Part shown: positions 30,503 through 39,689 of the stretch, piece by piece | Layout: each line of letters opens with the position of its first letter | How positions within the stretch are numbered: position 1 is the stretch's first letter | Origin: an uncultured SAR86 cluster bacterium | GTDB lineage: Bacteria > Pseudomonadota > Gammaproteobacteria > Magnimaribacterales > D2472 | Length of the DNA stretch: 64,000 bases | Assembly (NCBI GenBank): GCA_902579825.1 | Contig: CACHII010000002.1 | Coordinates: 15,820 to 79,819, forward strand | Direction: 5' to 3' | Position numbers and translations under genes: made by a program | The notes under the pieces: generated by a model | What the model saw: only the letters and a program-made list of their open reading frames with translations | The model's database searches: none | What the model was told of the DNA's origin: nothing

Positions 30503-30853
30503 ATGACCACAAATAGATCTGAAAAAATTGCAGATTTACTTAAAAAAGAGATCTCTTTAATCATTAGTAATGAAATTAAAGATCCGAGATTAAAAAATAT
30601 TAATGTTACTGCAGTGAAAGTTTCTGATGATATAGGTATTGCTACAGCTTTTTATACAATTATTGGAAAGTCTGTAAAAAAAGATGATAGTGAAATAGAT
30701 AGTCAAATATTAAAAAAATTCTCTGGAATGATTAGATCCAAGATTGCGAAAAAAATAAAAATTCGAAGAATCCCAAAAATAATATTTAGGTTCGATGAAA
30801 GTATTGAATATTCAGAAAATATAGAAAATCTATTAAGAAATTTAAATAAATGA
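30503..30853 (+). CDS. rbfA: ribosome-binding factor A
   Basis: 116 aa with ISNEIKDPRL...VTAVKVSDD and conserved infB-rbfA-truB order. Confidence 0.9.
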   Translation: MTTNRSEKIADLLKKEISLIISNEIKDPRLKNINVTAVKVSDDIGIATAFYTIIGKSVKKDDSEIDSQILKKFSGMIRSKIAKKIKIRRIPKIIFRFDESIEYSENIENLLRNLNK

Positions 30854-31689
30854 ATGGCTTTTTATTAATCAACAAGCCCAGTGGTTTATCTTCAAACCAG
30901 GTTGTTCAAAAAATAAAAAAAATATTTAAAGTTAACAAAGTTGGTCATTTAGGAACATTAGATCCTTTAGCATCGGGTTTGTTGATTCTTGCATTTAATC
31001 GAGCTACAAAATTTTCAAACTACTTTTTAGAATCAGATAAACATTATGAGGTAGAAATCGAATTAGGCAGATCCACTGATACCGATGATTCAGAGGGAAA
31101 TGTGATCTTTGAATCAACTTTTAATCCTAATAAAGATGAAATTATGGTGGCGCTATTATCATTTCAAGGTGATTCTATGCAAGTACCGCCTTTTTTTTCA
31201 GCGCTTAAACATAAAGGAACCCCTTTATACAAATATGCCAGACGTGGAGAATATATTAAAAAAGATCCTAGAAAAATAACTGTTAATAAAATTGACAATA
31301 TAAAAATTATTGATAAGTCATGTAAATTTTCAATAAGTTGTTCAAAAGGAACTTATATAAGATCTATTGCAAGAGACTTAGGTGATAAACTTAAATGCGG
31401 TGCTCACATGACTAACCTTAAAAGAGTTCAACAACACGAATTTAGGTTATCTCAAGCAAAAGAAATTCAGGATGCCTCGTATAAAGATTTAATAACAATT
31501 GAGAAAGCTTTCAAATATATAGATTCAATTAAAATATCAAAAGATGATACAAAGAAGTTTATAAATGGAGTTGAACTTAAATTTGAGGAAAGTCAAAGAG
31601 ACTGTATCAAAGTTTATAATGAAAACGACGATTTCTTGGGTCTTGGTGAGGTGAATAAAAACTTTTTAAAACATAAACAGCTTGTTTAA
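30850..31689 (+). CDS. truB: tRNA pseudouridine-55 synthase TruB
   Basis: GFLLINKPSGLSS...VGHLGTLDPLASGLL contains the catalytic Asp motif. ATGA overlap with rbfA. Confidence 0.9.
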   Translation: MNGFLLINKPSGLSSNQVVQKIKKIFKVNKVGHLGTLDPLASGLLILAFNRATKFSNYFLESDKHYEVEIELGRSTDTDDSEGNVIFESTFNPNKDEIMVALLSFQGDSMQVPPFFSALKHKGTPLYKYARRGEYIKKDPRKITVNKIDNIKIIDKSCKFSISCSKGTYIRSIARDLGDKLKCGAHMTNLKRVQQHEFRLSQAKEIQDASYKDLITIEKAFKYIDSIKISKDDTKKFINGVELKFEESQRDCIKVYNENDDFLGLGEVNKNFLKHKQLV

Positions 31690-31775
31690 AGCCGTAATTA
31701 GTTATATTATTCTCTCGCTTACTTTAGGAGTGTGAGGTTAGCATTTTCATTTAATACACTTCAAGGATAATTAAA

Positions 31776-32045
31776 ATGGCATTATTAACTGAAGAAAAAG
31801 CAAATATAGTCAAAAAATTTAAGAGAAATGATGGTGATACTGGGTCACCAGATGTGCAAATAGCACTTTTAACTGAAAACATTAATAAGCTTCAGGATCA
31901 TTTTAAACAACATAATAAAGATCATCATTCCAGAAATGGTCTTATAAGAATGGTTAATCTAAGAAGAAAACTCCTTGCATATTTAAAAAGAAAAGATGTT
32001 GAAAGGTATAATAGTATTGTGAAAGAGTTAAATTTAAGAGGATAA
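31776..32045 (+). CDS. rpsO: 30S ribosomal protein S15
   Basis: 89 aa: [50 protein letters not shown]. Confidence 0.95.
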   Translation: MALLTEEKANIVKKFKRNDGDTGSPDVQIALLTENINKLQDHFKQHNKDHHSRNGLIRMVNLRRKLLAYLKRKDVERYNSIVKELNLRG

Positions 32046-32069
32046 AAACCGTAAATAAGTAGGAAAATC

Positions 32070-34175
32070 GTGGAAAATAAAAATTATGAGTCTACATGCG
32101 TAGAGTTTGAGTACGGAAATCAACAAGTAAAAATAGAAACAAATAAAATAGCAAGACAGGCTACAGCTGCAGTAGTAGTTACAATTGGCGACTTAGTGGT
32201 GTTAACAACAGTAGTTGCCAAAAAGGATGCTGATCCTGCAAAAGACTTTTTTCCACTTGCTGTTTTTTATCAGGAAAAATTTTATTCAACTGGAAGAATA
32301 CCTGGTGGATTTTTTAAAAGGGAAGCTAGGCCCACTGAAAGAGAAACACTAACTTCAAGGTTAATTGATAGGCCCATAAGACCAATGTTTCCAGAACACT
32401 TCACAAATGAAATTCAGATTTTCTGTACTGTAATGTCATCTGATAAAAAACAAAATCCAGATATTGCTGCGATGATTGGTGCATCGGCGGCATTAACTAT
32501 TTCTGGTGTTCCTTTTGATGGTCCCATGGGCGCAGCTAGAGTTGGGTTTATAGATGGTGAATATATTCTTAATCCAACTTTTGAGCAATTAGATGATTCA
32601 TATTTAGATATGGTTGTCGCGGGTACAGATGAAGCTGTTTTAATGGTTGAATCAGAAGCAAAAGAGCTAAATGAGGATTTAATGTTGGGTGCGGTTTTAT
32701 TTGGCCATCAAGAGATGAAAGCAGTAATCAATGCTTGTAATCAGTTAAAAACTCTTTGTGGCAATGATGAATGGGTCATTGAAACTGACTTAGAGGAAAA
32801 TAGTTATTACTCTGAATTAGATAATAAATATAAAGCTGAAATTACTGATGCATTTAAAATTTCAATAAAATCAGAAAGAAATGACAAACTTACTGAAATT
32901 AAAAGTTTAATTCTTGAAAAATATCAAGAATTAGAAGAGATTGAGGTTAATAAAGTATTATCGGCATTCAAAAAACTTGAAAAAGATATTGTGCGGTCAA
33001 ATATTTTAAATAATCTCCCAAGGATTGATGGTAGGGACTTAGATACTGTAAGACCTATTTATGTAGAAACAAATATTTTACCTTCTGCTCATGGTTCTGC
33101 ACTATTTACTAGAGGAGAAACACAGGCAATTGTTGTTGCCACCCTGGGATCATCAAGAGATGCACAAAGGATAGAATCTATTGAGGGAGAAGGTACGGAT
33201 AATTTTATGCTGCACTACAATTTTCCAGCTTACAGTGTAGGTGAGATTGGAATGCCTATGGGTCCAAAAAGAAGAGAAATTGGTCATGGCAATCTTGCAA
33301 AAAGAGCTATCAAAGCTGTAATGCCTGATGTTGATGATTTTGGCTACACAATGCGTGTAGTTTCAGAAATAACAGAATCAAATGGGTCTAGTTCAATGGC
33401 TTCTGTATGCGGCACATCTTTATCATTAATGGATGCAGGTGTCCCAATATCGAGTCCAGTTGCTGGAATTGCAATGGGATTAATTAAAGAAGGAGATGAT
33501 TTTGCAGTTCTTACAGATATTTTAGGAGATGAAGATCACCTGGGTGATATGGATTTTAAGGTAGCCGGAACAGAGTCAGGTATAACTGCTTTACAAATGG
33601 ACATTAAAATTAGTGGTATAAATGAATCAATTATGGAAACTGCTTTAGCTAAAGCAAAGAATGCTAGAAATCATATTTTAGGAATTATGAATGAAGTAAT
33701 TTCATCTCCAAAGGATCTTTCTGAAAATGCTCCTGCAATGAAAACATTTATGGTTAATAAGGATAAAATAAAAGAAATCATTGGTAAGGGTGGAGCTGTT
33801 ATCAAATCAATGCAAGAGAAAACTGGTGCAACGGTAGACATTAATGATGAAGGTGTTGTATCAGTCTTTGGGCAAAATCAGTCATCTATGAAAGAATGTC
33901 TCACAATAATTGAAGAAATATTGGAAGAGCCAGAATTAAACAAAGTATATAAAGGTAAAGTTGTAAAAATTGTTGATTTTGGTGCCTTTGTAAATATACT
34001 TCCCGGAAAGGATGGTCTTGTCCACATTTCTGAAATTGCAAACGAAAGAACTGAAAATGTAAATGATGTTCTTGAAGAAGGTCAAGAAGTTGAAGTTAAA
34101 TTGATTGGCTTTGATAGAGGAAAGATGAAGTTATCTATGAAGGCATTATCTGAAGATGCCCCAGATTTAGACTAA
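32070..34175 (+). CDS. pnp: polyribonucleotide nucleotidyltransferase (PNPase), GTG start
   Basis: 701 aa with two RNase PH domains, KH (IGKGGAVIK) and S1 (GKVVKIVDFGAFV) domains. Confidence 0.97.
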   Translation: MENKNYESTCVEFEYGNQQVKIETNKIARQATAAVVVTIGDLVVLTTVVAKKDADPAKDFFPLAVFYQEKFYSTGRIPGGFFKREARPTERETLTSRLIDRPIRPMFPEHFTNEIQIFCTVMSSDKKQNPDIAAMIGASAALTISGVPFDGPMGAARVGFIDGEYILNPTFEQLDDSYLDMVVAGTDEAVLMVESEAKELNEDLMLGAVLFGHQEMKAVINACNQLKTLCGNDEWVIETDLEENSYYSELDNKYKAEITDAFKISIKSERNDKLTEIKSLILEKYQELEEIEVNKVLSAFKKLEKDIVRSNILNNLPRIDGRDLDTVRPIYVETNILPSAHGSALFTRGETQAIVVATLGSSRDAQRIESIEGEGTDNFMLHYNFPAYSVGEIGMPMGPKRREIGHGNLAKRAIKAVMPDVDDFGYTMRVVSEITESNGSSSMASVCGTSLSLMDAGVPISSPVAGIAMGLIKEGDDFAVLTDILGDEDHLGDMDFKVAGTESGITALQMDIKISGINESIMETALAKAKNARNHILGIMNEVISSPKDLSENAPAMKTFMVNKDKIKEIIGKGGAVIKSMQEKTGATVDINDEGVVSVFGQNQSSMKECLTIIEEILEEPELNKVYKGKVVKIVDFGAFVNILPGKDGLVHISEIANERTENVNDVLEEGQEVEVKLIGFDRGKMKLSMKALSEDAPDLD

Positions 34176-34300
34176 AAACACTTTTATTCTATAAAACGTA
34201 AAAAGTCAAATATTGTGACTTACAGAATTTGATTCAAAAATGTTTTTGTGGTCTTATGAAACCTGCAAATCATAAATAAACCTATCAGGGGGGAGTTATT

Positions 34301-34519
34301 ATGGATAATGCAATGAAAATGATTGGTGATATAGTTACAAGTCTTACTAAGATTCTTGTTGCTGTAATCGGATTAGGTGTTGTAGCTGGTATCGTTTTTG
34401 GCGATACATGGTTCTTCGGCGATGTTCTTACAAACCTTTTAGGTGTTGTATCTTCACTTGGTGATGCTGGACTCGTTGGTTTACTTGTTGCAGCTATCTT
34501 AATAGGATTGCTTAAGTAA
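34301..34519 (+). CDS. hypothetical 72-aa two-helix membrane mini-protein (paralog A)
   Basis: A strong SD, GGGGGGAG (34288-34295), lies 5 nt before the ATG. The protein has two hydrophobic helices and is clearly paralogous to the next ORF. I recognise no known family. Confidence 0.6.
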   Translation: MDNAMKMIGDIVTSLTKILVAVIGLGVVAGIVFGDTWFFGDVLTNLLGVVSSLGDAGLVGLLVAAILIGLLK

Positions 34520-34531
34520 TCATTTACTTTT

Positions 34532-34559
34532 TCAAAGGGAGATTTATTTCTCCCTTTGA
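34532..34559 (+). promoter_or_regulatory. perfect 11-bp stem / 6-nt loop RNA hairpin between the two mini-protein ORFs
   Basis: TCAAAGGGAGA-TTTATT-TCTCCCTTTGA. The left arm contains the SD-like AAGGGAGA. The right arm contains the TTG (34556) that the ORF track uses as the start of paralog B. Confidence 0.55.
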
Positions 34560-34807
34560 TATCTAAATTTATGAAGCTAGACTTTTATTACTCATTAAAC
34601 AAAATTAAAAGTTACTTAAAACAAGTCACTGATGTCTTATTACTTGTTGTTGCAGTTGCATTGTTACTTGGAATTGTCTTTGGACCAGATGCTCCTTTTG
34701 TAGGTATAGTGTATTCAAATTTAATTGCGGTACTTGATGTAATTGGTGACAATGGGATCGTTGCACTTGTTTCTTTAATAATAATTTTTTTAATTAACAA
34801 GAACTAA
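34556..34807 (+). CDS. hypothetical ~78-83-aa two-helix membrane mini-protein (paralog B)
   Basis: Shares GIVFG...NL..V....GD.G.V.L with paralog A. The start is ambiguous: TTG 34556 (inside the hairpin) or ATG 34571 (no SD). Confidence 0.5.
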   Translation: MISKFMKLDFYYSLNKIKSYLKQVTDVLLLVVAVALLLGIVFGPDAPFVGIVYSNLIAVLDVIGDNGIVALVSLIIIFLINKN

Positions 34808-34814
34808 TTAAAAT

Positions 34815-34891
34815 TGGTGGCTATGGGTGGAATTGAACCACCGACCCCAGCGTTATGAGTGCTGTGCTCTAACCATCTGAGCTACATAGCC
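34815..34891 (-). tRNA. tRNA-Met (CAU), elongator type; tRNA-Ile2 (lysidine) not strictly excluded
   Basis: The reverse complement GGCTATGTAGCTCAGATGGTTAGAGCAC...CTCATAA...GGTTCAATTCCACCCATAGCCACCA closely resembles the E. coli elongator tRNA-Met. Confidence 0.8.
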
Positions 34892-34934
34892 AATCGTTGA
34901 ATGATAATATTATAATTTTAAGAGTCAATTAGTT

Positions 34935-36023
34935 TTAAACATTAAATTTAAAATGAATTACATCCCCATCTTTAACTAGATATTCTTTTCCTTCCAGCCT
35001 TAATTTACCGCTTTCTTTGGCCCCCAATTCTCCTCCATTTGTTATGTAGTCTTTGAAGTCTATTACTTCAGCTTTAATAAAACCTCTTTCAAAGTCAGTA
35101 TGTATTACACCAGCCGCATTTGGAGCTGTAAATCCATCTTTTATTGTCCATGCTTTTATTTCATTAGGCCCAGCCGTAAAAAAAGTCTTTAGACCTAACA
35201 TCTTATAACCTTCAAGTATGATTTTATTTAAGATAGGTTCATCCATGCCCATCACCTCAAGGTATTCTTTTTTTTCTACCTCTTCAAGCGTAGAAATCTC
35301 ATGTTCAATTTTTATTGACACTGTAATTACAAATGTATTAAGTTCTTTTGCAACTTTGTTTAATTGCTCAATATATTCTTTAGATTGTTCGCTATCATTT
35401 ATGTTTCCTATAAAAAACATAGGTTTTGATGATAAAAGTTGAAAACTTTTGATTATCTTTTGTTCATCTTCTTTAAAATTTTTAAGATTTATTAATTGAC
35501 CATTTTCTAAATCTTTTTGTATAAGTAAAAGTATTTCTAATTGTATTTTATTATTTTTATCATTTGTTTTAATTAGTTTTTCACACTTAGCAATTCTTTT
35601 TTTTACTGTTTCAAGATCTGAAAGGATTAATTCCAGATTTATAACTTCAACGTCTCTTTTTGGATTAACTGACCCGTCAACATGAGTAATTTTCTGATCT
35701 TCAAAACATCGAACAACATGAGCTAAAGCAGTCATTTCTCTTATATTCGATAAGAATGCATTCCCAAGACCTTCACCATCTGAAGCTCCTTTAACTAATC
35801 CTGCAATATCTACAAGGTCTAAAGCTGCAGGAATAATTTTTTGTGAGTTAACAATTTTATTTAATTCTATTAGTCGCCTATCAGGTAAGGGTACTTTTCC
35901 AACATTAGGGTCTATCGTGCAAAAAGGAAAATTCTCTGCTGGTATTTCAGATTTTGTAAGAGCATTAAAAAGTGTAGATTTACCAACATTTGGTAGTCCT
36001 ATAATTCCACATTTAAATCCCAT
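34935..36023 (-). CDS. ychF: ribosome-binding ATPase YchF
   Basis: [19 protein letters not shown]-loop and the C-terminal TGS-like [27 protein letters not shown]. Confidence 0.95.
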   Translation of the reverse strand: MGFKCGIIGLPNVGKSTLFNALTKSEIPAENFPFCTIDPNVGKVPLPDRRLIELNKIVNSQKIIPAALDLVDIAGLVKGASDGEGLGNAFLSNIREMTALAHVVRCFEDQKITHVDGSVNPKRDVEVINLELILSDLETVKKRIAKCEKLIKTNDKNNKIQLEILLLIQKDLENGQLINLKNFKEDEQKIIKSFQLLSSKPMFFIGNINDSEQSKEYIEQLNKVAKELNTFVITVSIKIEHEISTLEEVEKKEYLEVMGMDEPILNKIILEGYKMLGLKTFFTAGPNEIKAWTIKDGFTAPNAAGVIHTDFERGFIKAEVIDFKDYITNGGELGAKESGKLRLEGKEYLVKDGDVIHFKFNV

Positions 36024-36028
36024 GAATA

Positions 36029-36595
36029 TTATTTTGTATGAAGAAGTTTTTGTGCTTTTTTTATATTTTTTAAAGTAATTAATTCAAACACATCAACAAA
36101 TTTTGAATACGATTGAACAAGATTCTTTTTTTCGCTGTGAGTAAATTTATTAAGTACCCAATTTGTAACTTCATCTTTAGAGCCTGGGTGACCAATTCCA
36201 ATTCTAAGTCTTAAAAAGTTTGCAGAACCAATTTTGTTAGTTATATCTCTAATACCATTATGACCACCATGCCCACCAGAATCTTTTAAGCGTAACGAAC
36301 CAATATCTAGATCAAGTTCGTCATGTATTATCAGGCAATTCTCAGGTTTTAAATTTGTTGATTTGATAATTTTAGATAATGTTCTACCTGAATTATTAAC
36401 ATAATTTGTGGGTATAATCCATAAAATTGAACCGTTATGAGATTCACCAATTTCAGCTTCAAATTTTAATTTTGTAAAAAAATCTATATTGTAGGATTTT
36501 GAGAGTCTTATTAACCAGTCTTTCCCAATGTTATGCCGAGTACTATCGTATTTTTTGCCAGGATTACCCAACCCAATAATACAAAGGTTGTACAT
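36029..36595 (-). CDS. pth: peptidyl-tRNA hydrolase
   Basis: [24 protein letters not shown] is the canonical Pth N-terminus. ATG 36595 lies 4 nt after the rplY stop. The 56-aa upstream extension in the ORF track is an alternative-frame artefact. Confidence 0.9.
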   Translation of the reverse strand: MYNLCIIGLGNPGKKYDSTRHNIGKDWLIRLSKSYNIDFFTKLKFEAEIGESHNGSILWIIPTNYVNNSGRTLSKIIKSTNLKPENCLIIHDELDLDIGSLRLKDSGGHGGHNGIRDITNKIGSANFLRLRIGIGHPGSKDEVTNWVLNKFTHSEKKNLVQSYSKFVDVFELITLKNIKKAQKLLHTK

Positions 36596-36599
36596 CAAG

Positions 36600-37316
36600 C
36601 TAGCCTTCTTCGGAGCTATCTTCTTCAGTAGTTTCTTCAGCAGTTGTAGACTCATCTTCACCACTGCCTTCAGTAGCTTCCCCAGCTTCCTGTCCTTCAC
36701 CTTCTTCAGCTTCTTCAATAATCGGATCTTCTTCAACTGCTTTAGGAGCATTAACAGAAACAACCATTTGGTCTGTTTCTTCAGTTAATCCAGGAATCTC
36801 AGAACCATCAGGTAAAGAAATTTCAGTAAGTCTAATTGAATCACCAAGATTAAGATTTGCAATATCAATATCAATTGATTCAGGAATATTTCCAGCAAGG
36901 CACATAATTTCGATTTCTCTTATTGCTTTCGCAACAACACCACCATCAACTTTTACACCAGCACATTCCTCTTCATTAATAAAGTTAACTGGAATAATAA
37001 CTTTTAGTTTTGTTTTTCTTGAAACTCTTTGAAAATCAGCATGTAAGAATTTACCCTTTGCTGGATCTCTTTGTAATTCTTTTAGAACAACTTTTTCTTC
37101 GCCGCTCTCAGTCTTAATTAATAGAACTTGTGTATAAAAAAGTTCATTTTTAGATGCTTTAGAAAGCTCATTAAGTTTTAATTTAATATTAATTGTTTCT
37201 TTTTCATCACCATATACTATTGCTGGGACCATTCCATCAATATTTCTTATCTCTCGAGCCTTATTTGTTCCAGTTCTTTCTCGTGGATCTGCATTTAATA
37301 TAATTTGATCAGTCAT
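36600..37316 (-). CDS. rplY: 50S ribosomal protein L25 (Ctc form) with an acidic C-terminal tail
   Basis: The N-terminus RERTGTNKAREIRNIDGMVPAIVYG and two-domain Ctc architecture, in prs-rplY-pth-ychF order. It has an extra Glu/Gly/Thr/Ser-rich tail of about 45 aa. Confidence 0.9.
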   Translation of the reverse strand: MTDQIILNADPRERTGTNKAREIRNIDGMVPAIVYGDEKETINIKLKLNELSKASKNELFYTQVLLIKTESGEEKVVLKELQRDPAKGKFLHADFQRVSRKTKLKVIIPVNFINEEECAGVKVDGGVVAKAIREIEIMCLAGNIPESIDIDIANLNLGDSIRLTEISLPDGSEIPGLTEETDQMVVSVNAPKAVEEDPIIEEAEEGEGQEAGEATEGSGEDESTTAEETTEEDSSEEG

Positions 37317-37331
37317 AATTTCCTCTATCCT

Positions 37332-38285
37332 CTATAAAAACATTTCACTAAGCGATTCTTCATTGCTTAAACGAGTAATACATTCAGCAATTATATTTGA
37401 AATTGAAATGACGCGTATTTTACTGCATTTTTTAGCTTCTTTGTCTAAAGGTATTGAATTTGTTACAACTAATTCATCTATAGCAGACTTATTAAGCCTC
37501 TCTATTGCCGGTCCTGAAAGAACAGGGTGCGTGATATAAGCTTTAACTGCTTTAGCACCATTATTTTTTAATGCGTCAGCAGCGTTACATAATGTTCCAG
37601 CAGTATCAATAATATCATCTGGTACGATACAGACTTTATCCTTAACTTCACCAATTATATTCATCACTTCTGAGTGATTAGCCGCAGCTCTTCGTTTATC
37701 AATAATTGCAAGGTCTGTATCATCAAGCAGTTTTGCTAAAGCTCTTGATCTAACTACACCACCGACATCAGGCGATACAACCACAACCTCATTCTTATTA
37801 TTATTTTCTTTTATATCATCGACCATAAATTTAGTGGCATATACATTATCAGCTGGCATATCAAAAAAACCCTGAATAGTTTCTGAATGAAGATCTATTG
37901 TAAGCACTCTGTCAATTCCGACAGATGCAAACATATCTGCAACAACTTTTGCGCTTATAGGCACTCTAGCAGATCTAACTCTTCTATCCTGTCTTGCATA
38001 GCCATAGTAAGGAACAACAGCAGTGATTCTAGATGCAGATGATCTTTTCAATGCGTCAGCAATTAGCATGATTTCCATAACATTTTTATTGGTAGGAGAG
38101 CAGGTTGATTGAATAATAAATGTATCATGTCCTCTTACATTTTCTTCAATTTCAACTTTTAATTCTCCATCAGAAAAATATCCAACATCAGCAGCAGAAA
38201 TTTTAATCCCAAGTATATTAGAGACCTCCTGGGCAAATTCAGGATTAGCTGTACCAGTAAATATGTCTACACTTTTATTTTTCAT
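37332..38285 (-). CDS. prs: ribose-phosphate pyrophosphokinase
   Basis: [10 protein letters not shown], the PRPP-binding loop [11 protein letters not shown] and [10 protein letters not shown]. Confidence 0.95.
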   Translation of the reverse strand: MKNKSVDIFTGTANPEFAQEVSNILGIKISAADVGYFSDGELKVEIEENVRGHDTFIIQSTCSPTNKNVMEIMLIADALKRSSASRITAVVPYYGYARQDRRVRSARVPISAKVVADMFASVGIDRVLTIDLHSETIQGFFDMPADNVYATKFMVDDIKENNNKNEVVVVSPDVGGVVRSRALAKLLDDTDLAIIDKRRAAANHSEVMNIIGEVKDKVCIVPDDIIDTAGTLCNAADALKNNGAKAVKAYITHPVLSGPAIERLNKSAIDELVVTNSIPLDKEAKKCSKIRVISISNIIAECITRLSNEESLSEMFL

Positions 38286-38313
38286 TATCTTCCTCTATGA
38301 ACATTATAGATCA

Positions 38314-38388
38314 TGGCTGGGGTGGTAGGATTCGAACCTACGCATGACGGGATCAAAACCCGTTGCCTTACCGCTTGGCGACACCCCA
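38314..38388 (-). tRNA. tRNA-Gln (UUG), CCA encoded
   Basis: The reverse complement TGGGGTGTCGCCAAGCGGTAAGGCAACGGGTTTTGATCCCGTC...GGTTCGAATCCTACCACCCCAGCCA is close to E. coli tRNA-Gln. It lies between ispE and prs, as in Pseudomonas. Confidence 0.9.
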
Positions 38389-38394
38389 AAGCTT

Positions 38395-39207
38395 TTAGAT
38401 ATAACATATCGGCGAATATTGTAATGGTTTACAGAAAAAGAGTCTCCATTTAGAAGGAATTTTTTTTAATATTTTTGTAATTTCTTCATCATTTTCATAA
38501 CATATAAACATACAAGACCCACTTCCAGTAAGATTAATCAAATATTCGTTACCAAATTTTTCTACGAAATCTTTTACTTCTTTATTTTTTTCAATAAAAA
38601 CATCAAAGAAATGATTTTTTTTAGTGAGTGAGTTTTTTTCATTTTTTTTCCATTCTTCTAAAAGACTAAACATATTCTTTGAAGAATTATGAATCAATGG
38701 ATCTATGACTAATATATTTTTTTTGATAGATGATGTTTCTTGTAATTCATCACCAATTCCACTTCCTAAAGCATTTTTTCCAAACATAAAGAATGGAACA
38801 TCGGCCCCAATTTCTTTTGCAATTGTGCCTAATTTCTTTTCACTAAGATTAAGATTCCATAGCTTATTTAATGCAATAATAGTTGATGCTGCATTTGAGC
38901 TGCCGCCCCCCATACCTGAGCCAGTTGGAATATTTTTGTGAATATTAATTTTCACGCCATATTTTTTATTAGATAGGCATTCCTTAATTTTTAATGCGGA
39001 TGCATAAATTGTATTGTCTTCACCTCTCAGGAGGTCCTCATTAGATTCAATAATTATTTCACTAGCTGTTTTTTCAAAACTCATTAAATCATACAAATCA
39101 ACAAGCTGGAATGAAGTTTCAATATTATGGTAGCCATCAATTCTTTTATCTAATACTCTCAGAAAAAGATTAATTTTTGCAGGACATTGTGTCTTAATAT
39201 GATTCAT
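38395..39207 (-). CDS. ispE: 4-diphosphocytidyl-2-C-methyl-D-erythritol kinase
   Basis: PAKINLFLRV..KR.DGYH and the GHMP kinase loop PTGSGMGGGSSNAAS. Confidence 0.9.
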   Translation of the reverse strand: MNHIKTQCPAKINLFLRVLDKRIDGYHNIETSFQLVDLYDLMSFEKTASEIIIESNEDLLRGEDNTIYASALKIKECLSNKKYGVKINIHKNIPTGSGMGGGSSNAASTIIALNKLWNLNLSEKKLGTIAKEIGADVPFFMFGKNALGSGIGDELQETSSIKKNILVIDPLIHNSSKNMFSLLEEWKKNEKNSLTKKNHFFDVFIEKNKEVKDFVEKFGNEYLINLTGSGSCMFICYENDEEITKILKKIPSKWRLFFCKPLQYSPICYI

Positions 39208-39689
39208 TTTTTTTCAACAAATCCTTTTAAGTAGTAATTTTCGTATGTAATTGAAAAATTTGTCCTTGAACCATCTTTATTGCACTTAAAAGCAAAGAAT
39301 ATATCTTCGTCATTCTCATAAATATCAAGCTTATTGGAAAAGAGACATTGCCTAATCCAATATTTAAAATTTCTATTCACAGATTTTGGAACAAAAAATG
39401 GTTGACTAGATTTAGTAGGCAAAAATATTAAATTTTTCCCGTCTTGAACTTTTATTTCTAGAACATTTCCATAAAATGGCTTCTTAAGTTGTATAATGGA
39501 CACATTATTAGCAACATTTATATTTATATTGAAAGAGAATTGCTCAACATTATTTTGATTTATTAATACTTTTCCAGCAAATGGAGTCGATTTTTTAATG
39601 TCATTATTTATGCTTACACAGGAAACAATAACAAATAGAAAAAAAATATAAGAAATTTTTTTTAATATGGAAATACAATTATTTGGCAT
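39204..39689 (-). CDS. lolB: outer-membrane lipoprotein LolB (short form)
   Basis: Signal peptide with the lipobox IVS|C, and the conserved position between ispE and divergent hemA. No strong motif beyond that. Confidence 0.6.
   Translation of the reverse strand: MPNNCISILKKISYIFFLFVIVSCVSINNDIKKSTPFAGKVLINQNNVEQFSFNININVANNVSIIQLKKPFYGNVLEIKVQDGKNLIFLPTKSSQPFFVPKSVNRNFKYWIRQCLFSNKLDIYENDEDIFFAFKCNKDGSRTNFSITYENYYLKGFVEKK

Noticed and set aside
31690-31775. The truB-rpsO spacer, considered as an S15 autoregulatory leader (pseudoknot), as in E. coli.
   Set aside because: I could not identify a convincing stem or pseudoknot by eye. Only an SD (AAGGA) and -10-like GATAAT are evident, so covariance analysis is needed.
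34203-34221. A hairpin, AAGTCA-N7-TGACTT, after the pnp stop, considered as a pnp terminator. Also a vague similarity of 34246-34262 (TGTGGTCTTATGAAACC) to the tRNA-Met 3' end, considered as a possible att remnant marking the mini-protein pair as an integrated islet.
   Set aside because: The stem is only 6 AT-rich bp and has no T-tract. The att-like similarity is short and gapped. No integrase or other mobile gene is present.
36596-36763. A 56-aa Lys/Leu-rich N-terminal extension of the pth ORF (MFLLMLLKQLKKIRLLKKLKK...) overlapping the end of rplY. It could be read as an overlapping amphipathic peptide gene.
   Set aside because: It is simply the GAA/GAG-rich acidic tail of L25 read in another frame (AAG/AAA = Lys). 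The canonical Pth N-terminus ([13 protein letters not shown]) begins at ATG 36595, right after the rplY stop.
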